Below are positions 14,640 through 33,150 of a stretch of 64,000 nucleotides of DNA, piece after piece (the stretch's first letter is position 1; each line of letters starts with the position of its first letter). The notes under the pieces were generated by a model, which was not told the DNA's origin, searched no databases, and saw only the letters and a program-made list of their open reading frames with translations. The DNA lies in NCBI RefSeq assembly GCF_009914755.1, contig NC_060936.1. One strand, 5' to 3'. The translations under genes and the position numbers were made by a program. The stretch comes from the human T2T-CHM13v2.0 reference genome, Homo sapiens.

Positions 14640-14945
14640 AGCCCAGGCGTGGTGGCTCACACCTGTAATCCTAAGCACTGTGGGAGGCTGAGGCGCGTGG
14701 ATTGCCCGAGCTCAGGAGCTTGAGACCAGTCTGGGGAACACGGTGAAACCCCGTCTCTACTAAAAATACAAAAAATTAGCCAGGCATGGTGGCTTGTGCC
14801 TGTAATCCAAGCTACTCAGGAGGCTGAGCTAGGAGAATCGTTTGAACCCAGGAGGCAGAGGTTGCCGTGAGCCAAGATCATGCCATTGCACTCCAGCCTG
14901 GGCAACAGAGCGAGACTCCGTCTCAAAAAAAAGAAAAAAAAAAAA
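14640..14945 (+). mobile_element. AluS
   Basis: Alu consensus; TSD AAGATTTCC. Confidence 0.92.
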
Positions 14946-15183
14946 GATTTCCTTTTCTTTTACAGCCTGACCATAGCATATTGTTTACTTGCACAACCCT
15001 ACATAATGAGATTATTCAATCACATGTTTTTTAAAATTCGGGGATTCCAAAAGCTATTAGATCAATACCTTTCTTTAATCTTTCAAAAGATCACCAGGAA
15101 ATAATGTGATATTCCACTACTACTAATTTGTTTGTTAAAATATATTTTTAAGTACCTGTGTTCCAAAGTATCTCCTAGTATGA

Positions 15184-15595
<412 letters not shown>

Positions 15596-17374
15596 GAAGT
15601 CCTTAGTTCTTATAGATGATTGTTCAGTGTCTTGCACAATTTTGCTACTGCCTTATTTTCCTGCAGATAAGACATTGTAGTTATGGGTGTTACTGTATTT
15701 ATTGGTTCAAAAGACATGGTGCAAAGGACAAGTAGGCCAAGCAGGCTCTGACTCATAGAGGTTGCTGCCTGCTTGTGCCCTGTGTGCGCCTTTTGAGTAA
15801 AGAGCACAGTCCACCAAGTCCAGCTCTGCATGCTCAAGTGCTATTGAATTCTTTCCACCTGACCACAAGTACTTGAGCACCTTTCCTCCATAGCAGAGCT
15901 GATAGCACAGAGCACACTGAGAATCCCTATAGGGAAGGTGTGGTGAGGCTGTGTGAACTGTGTGGGCTGTGGTCACGTAGTTGATCATGTAAGTGGGATC
16001 ACAAACTTAGTAAGCATCCTGTGACACACCGTCATCATTAGAGTGTGCTTGTTGATGTTGGAGTACTATGTGCTATTCAGGACTATTTCCAAGAATTTAG
16101 TTGAATATATATCCTGGGCTGTAGGATACAGGATGAAAAGAGGATTTGGTGTCCCTGCCAAGTTTCCTAGATAATGCAGATAATTTCTTTTAGCAGGAAG
16201 TGACGTGTACATCTCAGGGCTGGGAAGGTGCAGGTATAGGAAATTAGCCTTAGCAAGAAACAAAATGCCAAAATCAAGACCAAGTGAGAACATAACTTCT
16301 AGACCAACAGAAAGGAAGTGAGGGGATCTGAGCTGCCCTGTTTTGTTTCTGAAAAACCACTCATCTTGCTCTTCTATATTCCTGACTTTCTCCATCCAGT
16401 AGGCACCAAGTCCAGCTAGCTCTGTCTCTTCTGATTTTGGAATCTGTCTTCCCTTCACCATCTCTCCAGTCATGGAGTTCAGTCTCTTACCATACTCACC
16501 TGGATTACTGCAATAGACACTAACTGGTCTCCCTGCTTTCAGTCTTCAACACCCCATATCTCACCAAAGGGATCTTTGTTGTCTGTCCATTGTTAAATGG
16601 TTGGGATTTATTGGGAGGATTTCTGTCTGCTCTCAGGATGGACCAGAAGTTTCAGAAATTGATAGAAATGGGTCGGGTAGGGATGGGTAGGGTTAGAACA
16701 TTCAACCGTGTTGTCAGTGCCCTGCCCCAGAATGAATGCTCTTCCATCATTTCTCCATCTTTTCACCCTCTTTCTTCACTCCAGGGAGTGAACATTGTTC
16801 CAGCTTGGGTCAGGTGGCTGTTTGTTGGTGAGTAAGGGGTTCAGGGAACAGATTTAACAACTCAGCAGGCAATCCTTCAAAGGGAAATCAAGGTGGAATG
16901 GATACTGAGTTCTCAAAAATCAACATGTTCCCATGATATGTTGACTATAGAAGGGTCATCTAAGTGCAGTAGCAAATATAGTTTATAGTATTTACTCGAA
17001 TGGCTTGTTAATTTATCTCTCTTCCTCAATAGACATTGAAGTCCCTGGAAGAAGAACCATGTCTTATTCATCTTTGTATGCCTGGCCTCTCATAGACACA
17101 TACAATAAGTACTCATTGTATCAAAGAATGAATCAATGTTCCCGTAAGTGAAAGCTGTGTTTGGTCTAGTCTATATGCTTCCAGAACTACTTTATGGTCC
17201 CCCAGCCCCAGCCTTCAGTGACCCTGCTTCCTGAGCTAGAACTGCTCAACACTGACCTCAGCAGCAACGCACCTTCTGAGTCCACTCACCCTCTGGGTGC
17301 TCCTGAAGGGGCAGAGAGAGCCAAGCGGCTATATGTCAGATACAAGACCTCACTGTCTGCTTCCTTTCGTCCAT

Positions 17375-17376
<2 letters not shown>

Positions 17377-17405
<29 letters not shown>

Positions 17406-17687
17406 GAGACAGAGTCTCACTCTGTCGCCCAGGCTGGAGTGCAGTGGCGCCATCTTGGCTCACTGCAGGCTCTGCCTCCCGGGTTCACGCCATTCTCCTG
17501 CCTCAGCCTCCTGAGTAGCTGGAACTACAGGCGCCCGCCACCACGCCCGGCTAATTTTTTTGTATTTTTAGTAGAGACGGGATTTCACCATGTTAGCCAG
17601 GATGGTCTCAATCTCCTAACCTCGTGATACACCTGCCTTGGCCTCCCAAAGTGCTGGGATTACAGGTGCGAGCCATCGCGCCCAGCC
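17377..17687 (-). mobile_element. AluY
   Basis: AluY diagnostic motifs; TSD CTTTCGTC(C/T)ATCTCT. Confidence 0.92.
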
Positions 17688-18449
17688 CTTTCGTCTATCT
17701 CTTATAGCACCATTTTAGCCTTCAGGGACTCCTAACATGCATTTGTTCCTGGAGTGCTTAGTAGTTGTGGATGAACTGATATCTATCTTACTTGGCAATG
17801 TAATAAAAGGAATGTGCTTTGACATCAGACAGAGTTGCAATATGAACACTTCAAGTACTAGCTGTGTGACTCTGGATACTTTTTTTTAACCTCTCGGGGT
17901 CTTTGGTTACACACAAGTCCAATGAAGATACTACAAGTGTAAATGAAATAATATATGCAAAGACACTTGTTATAACGCTTGGCATTTGACAGGTGTCCTG
18001 TGAATGTCAGCTCCCTTCTGCCTTTGTGGCTTATAGCAATAGGGGCATGAGGAAAATTTGCAGTGCTAGCATAGGTAATTTGAGCTGAAAGGAAAAAGAG
18101 AAAAAAGGAGAATGAACGTACCCAGTTGCTCTAACATGAATCAAAGTCAATGATTAACTTTTTACTGACTATATAAAATGCAACAAAGTTTAAATAAATG
18201 TAACAACTGGGCTTAAGGGAGAAACAAACCCATATATTTTCTAAAACAATAGAATTAGATATTTGGCAAACTAGAACCGGCACGGGCATAACAATTAAAT
18301 TTCTTCTCTAATGAGCGTTGTTTGTTTTACTCTAGGATGCATTTGGATAAAATATTGGGATAAAATTTAGAGAGGTCTGTTTAGAAAAGGGAATTAAACA
18401 TGATTGGCTATTATTGTGTCTTTGTTTTCTCATTTAAAAAAATTACAGA

Positions 18450-18750
<301 letters not shown>

Positions 18751-19899
18751 AAACAGAAAATTCAAGTACTGCAGTGGAAATATGATGGAGTTTCTATCAA
18801 ATTATATCAAAAGTTGTTCTGGGGAGAACTTAAACCAATTCAACAGCTCAAAAGGAGGGCATGAAACCCACTCCTCCCACCTCCAGTAGCACTCCTTTTA
18901 CTCATTTTTTTCCCCTTCTCCAAAATTCTAAACTGCTCACGCATTCCAGATTGTTCCTGAGGAGAATGAGCATATGCTATCCTGGTGTGGAAATGCCTGG
19001 TATGCTAATTCATAGTTTGGAGGAGAGAGAAGATATGAGGTCGAACTGGAAGATAGTGAACTAAAAATAATATAACCCACCTCCATGCCTCTCTCTTTAG
19101 CTCAGTGCCACATCTTCCCCTGCCAAAGGGAAGCCACGGCGCCACAACATCCTGAGGAGAGAGAGCCTTGATTTTTCTGTTGGGGACCCACTTTTCCCCT
19201 ATAGGAGAAACGACCATCAATCACAATACCTTCCCCTATCCTGGCCAAAGGGAGGTTGGATCCCTAGCTGAAGGTAGGCCTATCAGATACTCTTGACCTG
19301 GAATTTCAGTGTGGAGAGAAGTGACACAAAAACTGAGAATGGTTGGAAATCATTTACCCTGGAGGCAATGAAACTAAGGAAACTGCATTATTCACAAAAC
19401 CTGAATTTCTAGAGCTTCTCTTGTCCTTGAATAAAGCAGATTCTTCAGCCTCTCCTTCTGTGAGATACTCTATCCTTCCGATAAATTTGTTTGCTTAAGC
19501 TATCCAGAGTCAACTTCTGTTAACCTCATCACAGAATTCTGATGAAAATAGCTTCTCAGATGCTTCAGGCTCCAATATGCAATGCTAAAGGTCAAAATTT
19601 AGGGGTGGGGGAGGAGTCACTTGGGTCAAACATTTACTAAGGCACCAAGCTCAATTTTTCTGAAGACATTCTTCTCCCAGAGGTTGGCTTTATGGCATCC
19701 CTTACAGAGCGAGGGCCGCACAGGCCTGGGAAGGAAAAGGAGCCCCTGAGTCCATCTTTTCCTGCAACTAATTTGGTTAAAATCACCAGATTCCCTAATT
19801 CTCCTAATGCAATTCCAATGAGTCCCACAGATTCTAGAAAAGTGTCAGTGGTGCTGGTCTAGGTGGGTAAGTTTCAATCTGTCTTGTAAGAGGCAGTGA

Positions 19900-20150
19900 C
19901 AAAGTTACACAGTAATTATATAACAGATTATGGTGGAGAAGCAGCCGCTGCCTTTAAAAAAAAAATCACTGCGTGGGAACTTTTCAAATCACAACCCTCC
20001 ATTAGAAGCCTATATTTCCCAGAAGATCCTCATTCCTTCATTTAGGCAGCAGTTTTAAAGTCAGCTGGAACCACTGTTTCCTCATGACAGCAACGGAAAG
20101 GGCCAAACTGTATCTTATTTTACTAAATAAGCAGCGTGTCCTAGTCATGG
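19900..20150. promoter_or_regulatory. Candidate enhancer (RBPJ/NF-kB-like/STAT/TEAD/E-box/ETS motif cluster)
   Basis: CGTGGGAA 19972, TTCCCAGAA 20016, CATTCC 20031, CAGCTG 20062 and CGGAA 20094 in unique sequence. Motif evidence only. Confidence 0.4.
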
Positions 20151-20337
20151 CACTTTGTATCCCTAGGATGTCACCTTGTTTTGAAGTTATTTCAGCTTTG
20201 GTTTGAAAAGTATCCTGTCAGCAAAACCAGCCTTCTCCCCATGGAGTTTAGGAGCCAGGAGGGAGTAAGGGAAGGGATGCGTAGGAGATGATGTTCCTGA
20301 ATCATTTACCAGGAGCCCTCCACCTGTTGAAATTATG

Positions 20338-20445
20338 TTCTCTTCCTCTCCCCTTCCCCCTCCCCCTTCTCCTCCTCCTCCTCCTCCCTCTTCCCTCCTT
20401 CCCATTCCCTCCTCCCCTGCTTCCTTCTCTCCCTTCTACTTCTCG
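20338..20445 (+). repeat. C/T-rich low-complexity tract
   Basis: Seen directly. Confidence 0.9.
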
Positions 20446-20492
20446 TCTTTTATTTATTTGGTTTTGCTGCAGGTGCAACTCCAGTATCCTGA

Positions 20493-20811
<319 letters not shown>

Positions 20812-21847
20812 AGTGTATTCTTTTATTCAACAACATTTGTTGAGTATCCTGGACCAGGTACTGGTAAACTAGATAGGCAACGTCCTTGCCTTGGAGGAGC
20901 TTCTATTCCAATGGAGGGAGACAGAAGCCAATGATGATTTCAGATCTGCTTGGCCCACAGGGAGCCCCTGGGTCTAACATATGGGCAGGGGATTCCAAAG
21001 TCCTTACTTTCCAGGTGGAAATGGTTGCTTGTATGAAGTAGCAATTAGATGAACACTTCAGACAAGGACAATCAAAACAGGAAGTTGTCGATTTCAAATA
21101 CCTTCAAAGAAGGAAAATGTTTCAGGGAAGCTTTTACTTCCATGGACTTATTTCAGCAGTTCTTTGGTCTTATGTGAGACCTTTTAATGAGTCCCTTGCA
21201 TTTATGAAATGCTGTATGACTGCACACAGTCCCTTCGTGCATGTGACTTCACTTGGTCCTGTGAGAAGGACTGAGCAGGTATTATCCTGATTTTACAAAT
21301 GAGAAAACTGAGGCTCAAACAACTTGCCCAAATGCACCCAGCTAGCTTAGGTGTATGACTAGAAACCAGGCTTTCCCCTTTCCTGATCAACACCACGAAC
21401 CTCACTTCTCTCTTGCCTCCCTCATGGTCATCTTTTTCATCCATCACGAAGGGCGCTGCTGCTGTGGGTTTGACTGGGATTACCCATGATATTTTAGGAA
21501 TATGATATTCTGGGAAAGAGGACATACCCCCCAACATACACACACTCCTAAAAAGTATATATCCCTGTAATTTGCTACCATCATTTGTCAAAAATTATTA
21601 GCTTCAAGCCTTTATGGGGGCCCTGGCTCAGAGACCATTCAGGAAAAGAACCAAATTTCCAGTGGCATCTATCTGTTCTAATGCCAGCACTGTGGTCATA
21701 GGAAGCCATCCACAGAGGATACAACATACCTAATTATTATTTGGCATCAAAAACACCAGGAGCAGGAATATTGATGACATATTAACAGTGACTTCTGAAT
21801 GTATAACCATATTTGCCTGATTCATCCATCCCTATAAAAATTGATCA

Positions 21848-22155
<308 letters not shown>

Positions 22156-24814
22156 TCAGTTTAGTGATAACAGAGTGGAAACCACATATAAATAAACTTT
22201 ATTACAATAATGTGTCCTCTACTAATGAAAGTTAAGATTTATCTAACATCTCTTATGAACCAGCCCCTATGCTAAGTGTTTCATGTAATTATCTCATATA
22301 ATCTTTACCACAGCCTTTTAAGTTAGGTGCTGTTATTATAACCATTTTACAGATGAGGAAATTGAGGCTCCGAAAGGTAAACTGTTTTGCCCAACAATAT
22401 ATAGCTACATGGTGATAGAACTAGTGTTTGAAAGTTGGGCGGTCCGACTGCAAAATCTCTTTCCTAATCACTGTTCTAATTGGTGCACAGATTATTAGAG
22501 TTAGACCTTAGTTGAACTTCCTATTTTAGACAGATGGAAGCAGAGGCCCTAGCAGATTAAGGATCTGCTTAACGTCTTCACCAACAGAATGAGACTTGCT
22601 TCTACATTGCCTCTCAACTGGAGAAGAGCTGGAATGAGTCTTTTGATTTTCACCTATAGATTTACAGAAGAATATCTTTTGAGAATTTGAGTAGAGAATA
22701 TCCATGCCATGTAAAGTGGAATCTTGACAAACTTGTACTCATGAACCCCGTTATGAGGTTGTCTATTCAACCATAAGAAACATTTCTAAGTGACTAAAAA
22801 CTAGCCATATTCTAGTAGGAGTCCCCTATTCTACCTAGGTCTGTTCTGATAAGAGAAACCTGGAGCAATCTGTTTCAAAACAATAAATTTATCTGAAGCT
22901 TCCAGAGGAGTCATCTTTGAAAAACTCATAAGCAAGGAGTTAACTGTTGTAATAAGCCGATGGTAATAGTGCAGGTTTTATTACTTTTGTTTTGGTTGGT
23001 TTTCTTTTCTTCTTTTTTTTCTTTTTTGAGTTCAATAAACCACACTGAATGTTAATAATCCATTAGTTCTAGAGGAAACATTTTTAGCTCCAAGAAAATT
23101 ACTTTTTCCTCCCAAATCTGAACCTGTAAACACCAAAGCTCTTTGTCTTATAAAAAGGCTTAGCGTTAGTTGTTTCAACAAGATTAGCCCTGTTGATCTG
23201 AAGCACCTGTGCTTCCAGAAAATGTAGGACATTATCAATTTTTAACATTTGTCCAGGAAGCTGTGCTTGGACTAATGTTATTTATCCAGCTGGGTATACT
23301 GACTAGGACAGAGCAGATGAAAGTAGTTGGGGATTGTGTAACATCTAAGATTGGCCCTGATAATCAATCCAGCCTGGAGCACATGGACATGATTACAAAA
23401 TACCATCTTCCCTTTTTTTCAGGATACTGATAAAACAGAAGGCAGTGCTATCTGCCATAATCCACTTCAAGAATTCTGCGGACCTGTTTTTAGGTCACTT
23501 AGTTGTTCTGCTTAGTTTTCTGGATGGTGAGCACACAGAAGGCACAAGATGAAAACTCTAACACACAATTTGCATCAATGACACCCTTGGGGTTGTTAAA
23601 AGAACAAATAAAAAGGGGTGTGGGAGGAGGTCTGTGGAACTGTGTGCGCCACCTCCGTATGGGCTTACTTTGGCCTTCTCCAGGGAGGAACTCTGTGCAA
23701 CTGCATCCCCATTCCTGTCCCCTCCGCCTGCACACACTGGAATAGCAAGAAGGCAGCAGAGAGCACACAAAAAGACACTCAGTAGGGGAAACAGTCCCAC
23801 TGTTTAACCTTGGGTGTTCAATGAACACAGTAGGGCTGGGGGCGGGAGGGCCAAAACAGGAAGAGGAAAAATACAAGATGGTTTGGTAAGAAAGCAAAAA
23901 TAGAAAGAGTCCCAAATTTTTAAAAATAAAAATAAAATCAAAACCAAAAACCACAGGCTGCATTTATCTGAGAAGCGAGAAAGTGAAGGAAGCAATTTAA
24001 ACTAGAACGATGCAAAAGTGGCAGGCGGCACAGGGAGCTCCCACTGCCTTCCCCAGCAGGACTGCAAGGGTGGGAGGATCCATTCAAACCAAGCACCTCC
24101 AAGCTTGGCAAAGGATTGCTCTCTGAATGACGCCAGGCCTCACCCAGCTGCTTGGAAACAAGCTTGCATGAAGGTAGGAGGGAAAGGATTGCAGAGAACC
24201 TGCTGGCGTGCTTCTTCCCTATCTGAGTTTGAATGCTTCTCAGAGAACTTTAAAGGCTGACGGCTAAATTTAATCAGAGTTAAATCATTGAAATGAAGAT
24301 GTTCTCATGCAATACAAATGAAAAGTGATTCTGCCAGTGCTTTCCCTATAAGGCAATGAATGGTACAGGCTCCTAAGGAGCAGCCCAGCAGTTTGGAAAT
24401 GTTATGAATTCAGGGGAGGCAGGAAATGTGAAAGTCTGGTTCATTGCTACTATTGTCTTCCGGGGATTTTTGGCCTGGAGGTGAAACAGGCAGGGTTTTA
24501 CAGCTGGTATTGTGCAATGACTGAGCACTTGCTCGCTCCCAGTTCAGTAAAATTCTTCATACATGGCATCCTAACTACATTATTTCAGACAGCTGTTTTC
24601 TCTAAGGAACTCCAAATATTTTCTGCAAAGGCACTTACATAAACCTTACAACCGTGGACTTAGACTGAATGAAACATTAGTTTGTTGTTTCAAGACAGTT
24701 TGGCAATCTGATTTGTGCCAGTTTAATCATTTTAGAAAATGTACAGGTCCAGTTCTGGTTCAGACTGGCTTATCTTCACATGATTTATTTTCCATAAAAG
24801 TAAATGTTAAATCA

Positions 24815-25607
<793 letters not shown>

Positions 25608-27534
25608 TCAAAAGTTAGTCTCATGAGTCTGCAAAATCAGTAATTTGAATCCATTTCAGGTTTCAAATCATGGTTGGTTTAGATCCCTGTTCCTAGTGTC
25701 CTATTTTTATTGGAATTTTACCAAGAGGAAAATTGAAACATAAAGACAGGGCTGAACACAAGGTGAGGGCTGATGTGACAAAGGAGAATTTCTCTTCTGG
25801 AACTCATCTACCTGGCTCTCCACTCAAGCACCTGGCCTCTGGACATTGCCTAATTACCTTCTGCCAAGATAGTGGGTAATAAAGGAATTTCAGGTGTTAC
25901 CTTTGTAAGAGTTTATGTATTTTAATGGGATATTATGAAGAGAGAAAATGGGTGCTGAGGAATGATTTCAGCCCCTACCCAAACAACACAGGGTAGTCAC
26001 TTAGTTTTACGGCAGCGGCTATCATTTCTGAGACTTAAAGGCACGACTCCCTGGAGACAATCCGGGATAATGTGACTTCTCAACTCACGCATATGAAATA
26101 CAGACAGTGTGGGAGTGAGTCCTGGAGCCATGACAGCAAGAGGCCAGCCTCTAAGAGATGATCTGTACCTTGCTTTTCGGTCTTTAATAACTTGAGATAT
26201 TGCTGCCAGCTACTTAACCAAGCTCTGCAACTGCTGTAATGAGAAAGTGATGACCTTTGGACTTACAAAGTCCTGCACTCAAGTCCCCCATGTCCAAATT
26301 TGCCACTTCCTGGATGTGTGGCCCAGGTCAGCCTACTTAATCTTGCTGATATTCCAGTTTTTCATCAGGAACAAGGCTGATCATAATACTACCTTGAAGG
26401 ATTGCTGTGAGGACTAGCTAGAGGGATTGTGTGAGAGTCCCTTGCCCAATGTCTGGAACACAGTAGGTATTGAACAAATATTCTTTCCTTTTGCCCTTTC
26501 CCTCCTTTCTCACACAGCAGGACAGTGGAGACAGGCACAGCCTGGCAGCTCAGCTCCTCTCACAAATCGTTCTCTCTGTTCTCACGAGATTAGCATTTCT
26601 AATAGGATCAGGAATTCTTTCTAATTCATTGATTATTAATCCTGATGTTTGCAAATAATCTCTCCTGATTTGCGCAGAACCAAGAACTTAATGCTCTTTC
26701 AGGGTTTAAATTTATTTATTATTATTTTGTTGTTATTCAGTGGAAAGGTCCAATTTTATTCCACCAGAAATTGTCTGGATGGCTCTCCTGCTAGATAATT
26801 AAAGCTAATGGAGCCCAGGAGCTATGCAAAGTAGACACTAAAAGAGGATTGTTTAAAACAAGATGGGAACCGTCTGCTAATAGTGCCTTGCAGCCAGAGA
26901 TGTCAGGACATCTCAGTAGAATTGTGGTAACAAATAAGCAAGAAGCAAGGTACCTAAGAGAGCTAAGAGTGGTGGGGAGAAGAAGAAAAACAGAGCAAGC
27001 AGGCAGACAGGGTAAATAGGGAGAGACCCCTCAATACAGAGACGGTCTAGAGGTGAAAAAACTGGGGAAAGCTGTTTCTGAAATCTTCATAGGGGACTTC
27101 GAAGGGAAAAATTTCCCAACATCCAGGCCTTTTATAATTTTGAGTAACAGCTGCCTTCACAGTAAATGTGTTTCTGTCATGATACGTGTACAAGTACATC
27201 CCTTATTCCAGGCCTGTCCTCACAGTGTGGCCTGCCGAACTGTGCAGTTTACATCTAACCGACATAGAAAGCTTCTGCCTTTCAGCAAATCAAACGAGCA
27301 TTCGAGTTAAATGGCCACACTTTCATTATTGTTCTTATTATTCACAGTCTGCATTACTACCACAACAGTGGCACCGTTAAGCAATCCGTCATTTGGGCCA
27401 AACGTGAGTTTGAGGAATTCCACAGAGATCTTTTCATATTTGACCCAATAGAGTCTTCCAAGGAGTCTTCTGAACCACTGGGGTCAGGAAGGAGACATGA
27501 ATTTTAAGGGTTTTACTACCAAATGTCCTTTGCT

Positions 27535-29661
<2,127 letters not shown>

Positions 29662-32600
29662 CACCACATTTCTCATAGAATCATTTAAATGCTGGTTTCC
29701 GTGATCCACATTTATAGAAAAACAAAATCAAGAGAGCAACGAAAAGTTACTCATTAATTATAAAATCACTGCTAACCCACTATATGTCTAGGCTATGGCA
29801 GCAAATAGCAAAGATTATGAAGTTCCTTTTAATTGCTAAGACAAAGTTCCTCATAGAACACAAACCACTTCCATAGTAATATACTAATAGTGTGAGGTCA
29901 AACCAACTTAAATGCTGTCAGACAGCATGACTGTCCTCTTCTGAACATGACATGGGTCAGATAGAGTTATTTTTAGATAAGAGATAAGTCAGCTTAACTA
30001 CACTTCTATGTCTTTAAAAATAAAAGCCCATATAACTTTGGGGACCAAGACAGATTAAGGGAATGCTAAAATTTTCCATAGGTAGATTTTTTTTTTTTTT
30101 GCATGTAATTCCTGATTCCCACCATTGCTTTCAGCAGCCCGGTCCACAGACCTGAACAATGGTTAATGTTTAAAAAGGTACAGCGTGTTCTGCTTAACAA
30201 CTCTGCTCATTTCCTCTTCCTGATGGTGCTGCTGTGATTGCAGAACTCAAGTAAGGGCTTTTTACTATATGAGAATACATGAGAAATGATGCTCAAGTCA
30301 TAATAAATGTGAGATTAAGGTCACTTGAAGATAAGAAGGTTGCAGCCTTAAGGAAAAACTTCAGTTGGCTTGGACCTCTGCGGGGGCAGGTTTACTGTAG
30401 TTTGTGGAAATAACCCACAGCTACTACTGAAATATGTGTAAGGATTTCAGACAGGAAATGAAGGAAATGCTGCATTAAACTAAAAGCACTTTAGGATTTA
30501 AATAAGCCGAATATAGATTCTCTGGTGAGAATTTGATCAGGGCACTGCTGGCATTGGCCCACCCTCTCATCTACAGTAGTGGAATTACAGTCTGCCTATC
30601 AAGTCCAGAATACAAAGTGCTTTCAGTCCTCTGACTATCCTCTTTCCTCTTTTATTAATTCCATTTCTCATTAAAATCCCCTGTACAATGTTCCATGAGA
30701 GTGAGCTCAAGGCAGCTACTGACATTTCCCATAAATGATACGCCCAATCTTCTTCCTACTAATCCAATTAGTTCTACTTCCTTCAAACTTCATTCAAAAC
30801 TCAACTCATCTGATCTATGCCTGATGACCTTACAGTCATTCCTTGTCACTGTAAACCCTCAGCAGTTATTGTTGACTGATTTGCTCACTATGACCATGTG
30901 TTTACTTGTGCCTGGCATTAGGCTTGGTGCTGGGGCTACACTGATGAGTAAACCCCAGTCACTGCCCTCATGGAGGTCACAGTTCACATGAAAAAAACAT
31001 CCTAATAAACTGTGATAAGGGCAATGGTCAAGATAGGCATGCGGAAGTATGAGGACAAGACATTCATCCTCTGGGGTGTCAGAAGGCTTCCTGGAAAAGC
31101 TGATGCCTGAGCTGGATTTTCAAGTAGAGGAAGGTCGGGGAGATATAGATGGTAGGTAGTGTAATCCATGAACAGTTGAGATGGCCCTGTGTGCCATGGT
31201 ATGCTTGGGTGTATTCATGACTTTCACTTCATGAGAAGTTCCCTGTATTTGGGTTCTTTTCCTACAATTGAATTATAAGCTCTTCCAGGAACCATATTTT
31301 CTACTTATTTTGCCTTCTTCCCCTTGGGTCTCTTACAGTCCCCAGAGAGTTTTAAAGAGTTGTGTTTCACCATCCTGGGAAACACACTGCTGACTCACTG
31401 ACCACCTCCAGGCCACTCTGCCCACCGTGTGTTAACAAGACTGTGTGGCCATGGAAAGATATGTAAGGCTGCAAGCCTTTTATCAGCTGTCAGGATAGAC
31501 CCAGGAAGACACACAGGTCTGACTCAAAGCACATATATACTGCCTAATGGAAGAAACCATCCAAACCACTTACCCAGAAGTTCCACAAGCCCATCACATG
31601 CCATCCTTCCACTATTTCATATTCTTAGCCTTTGGTATGGTGATTTAAATTTTACATTCAAAGAGTTCTGCACCAATATTTCTATTAAGATTTCATTGGA
31701 TAATTTTAAAAAGTCACTAAGCAAGTATGGAATGGATTTTCTACTCATCCCACAGAAACAGAAAGTAACCATTTTTTAAAATTAAAATCTTAAAATTGAT
31801 ATGGTGGATACTTTTACTGAGGTGGTCCCTGCCTCAAAAGTTGCCACTGCTGGGCAACTCACTGTCCTCTCTTAAGTCATGTGACTTTCTTTAGCAGTGG
31901 AAATACTTAGTGCACCTCATGAGTCTTGGAGAGTTTCGTTGAGTTCCTTTGCTTTGCAATGAGAAGATCGGATCCAGGTTGAGGTTGAGGGCGGGTATAT
32001 GTGCTTTGTTTCCGGCCTCATATTTGGCCTCTAGGTAAATAGAACTCCACATTTCAAGGCTACCAAATCTTTCATGGATGGTTAAATCCCAATCCCTCCC
32101 CCACTCCAGGGTCAGGGGTGGAGGAAGGAGGAGAGGTAGAACAACAGGGTAAACTGAAAACAATCAATCAAAAAAAGACAGAAAAAAAGCACCGAGCCAG
32201 TTTCACAGGCTCCGTTGCTCCAAAGCCATCATTTCAAGGTTATGGCTTTAAAATTATGGAGGAGGCAGCTTTCACCTGAGCCCTCCTTAATGGAAACAGC
32301 TGGAATCTAGCCTGCCTTTGGAAATAAGAGAGGACAATCCTGGAGCATAAAGCCAGCTGGGAAAAACTGGTCACTGAACACAAAGCTTTTTGAACTACCA
32401 AATAAAATACATGGGTACTTTATTTCCGATGACCCAGTAGCAGGGCCTAAATCATATTTGAGTGTGAAAATGAAATTAATGGCCTGTGTAAATTCCCCAA
32501 CTAGAGTTTCCAAATTCTGGTCACCGGTGTCCTAACAAGCAAACCGCACAGGGAGGAGATGGTTAAATAACAGCCACTTCCAAACCCAAGGCTCTATACC

Positions 32601-32843
32601 ACTGAGGAGGAAGAAAGACAAGCCATACTTCCTAATTTAGTTAAACTAAATAGTATCCAGATCCAGTTACCCATTTCAAACATATTAGAATAACTTTATG
32701 CAAATACTTTGGGAAAGCAAATAATATTCATGAGTGACCTTAACTACAAGCCCCTGTGTCCTTATTAGTCTATCAGAGATATTAATATTAGAACTTAACT
32801 CAAAAGACAGTGAGGACATGTTTTCATATAAAAAAGACATGTA

Positions 32844-33150
<307 letters not shown>

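Noticed and set aside
23499-23995. 154-aa ORF and overlapping ORFs in unique sequence
   Set aside because: No recognisable domain or exon context; compatible with chance.
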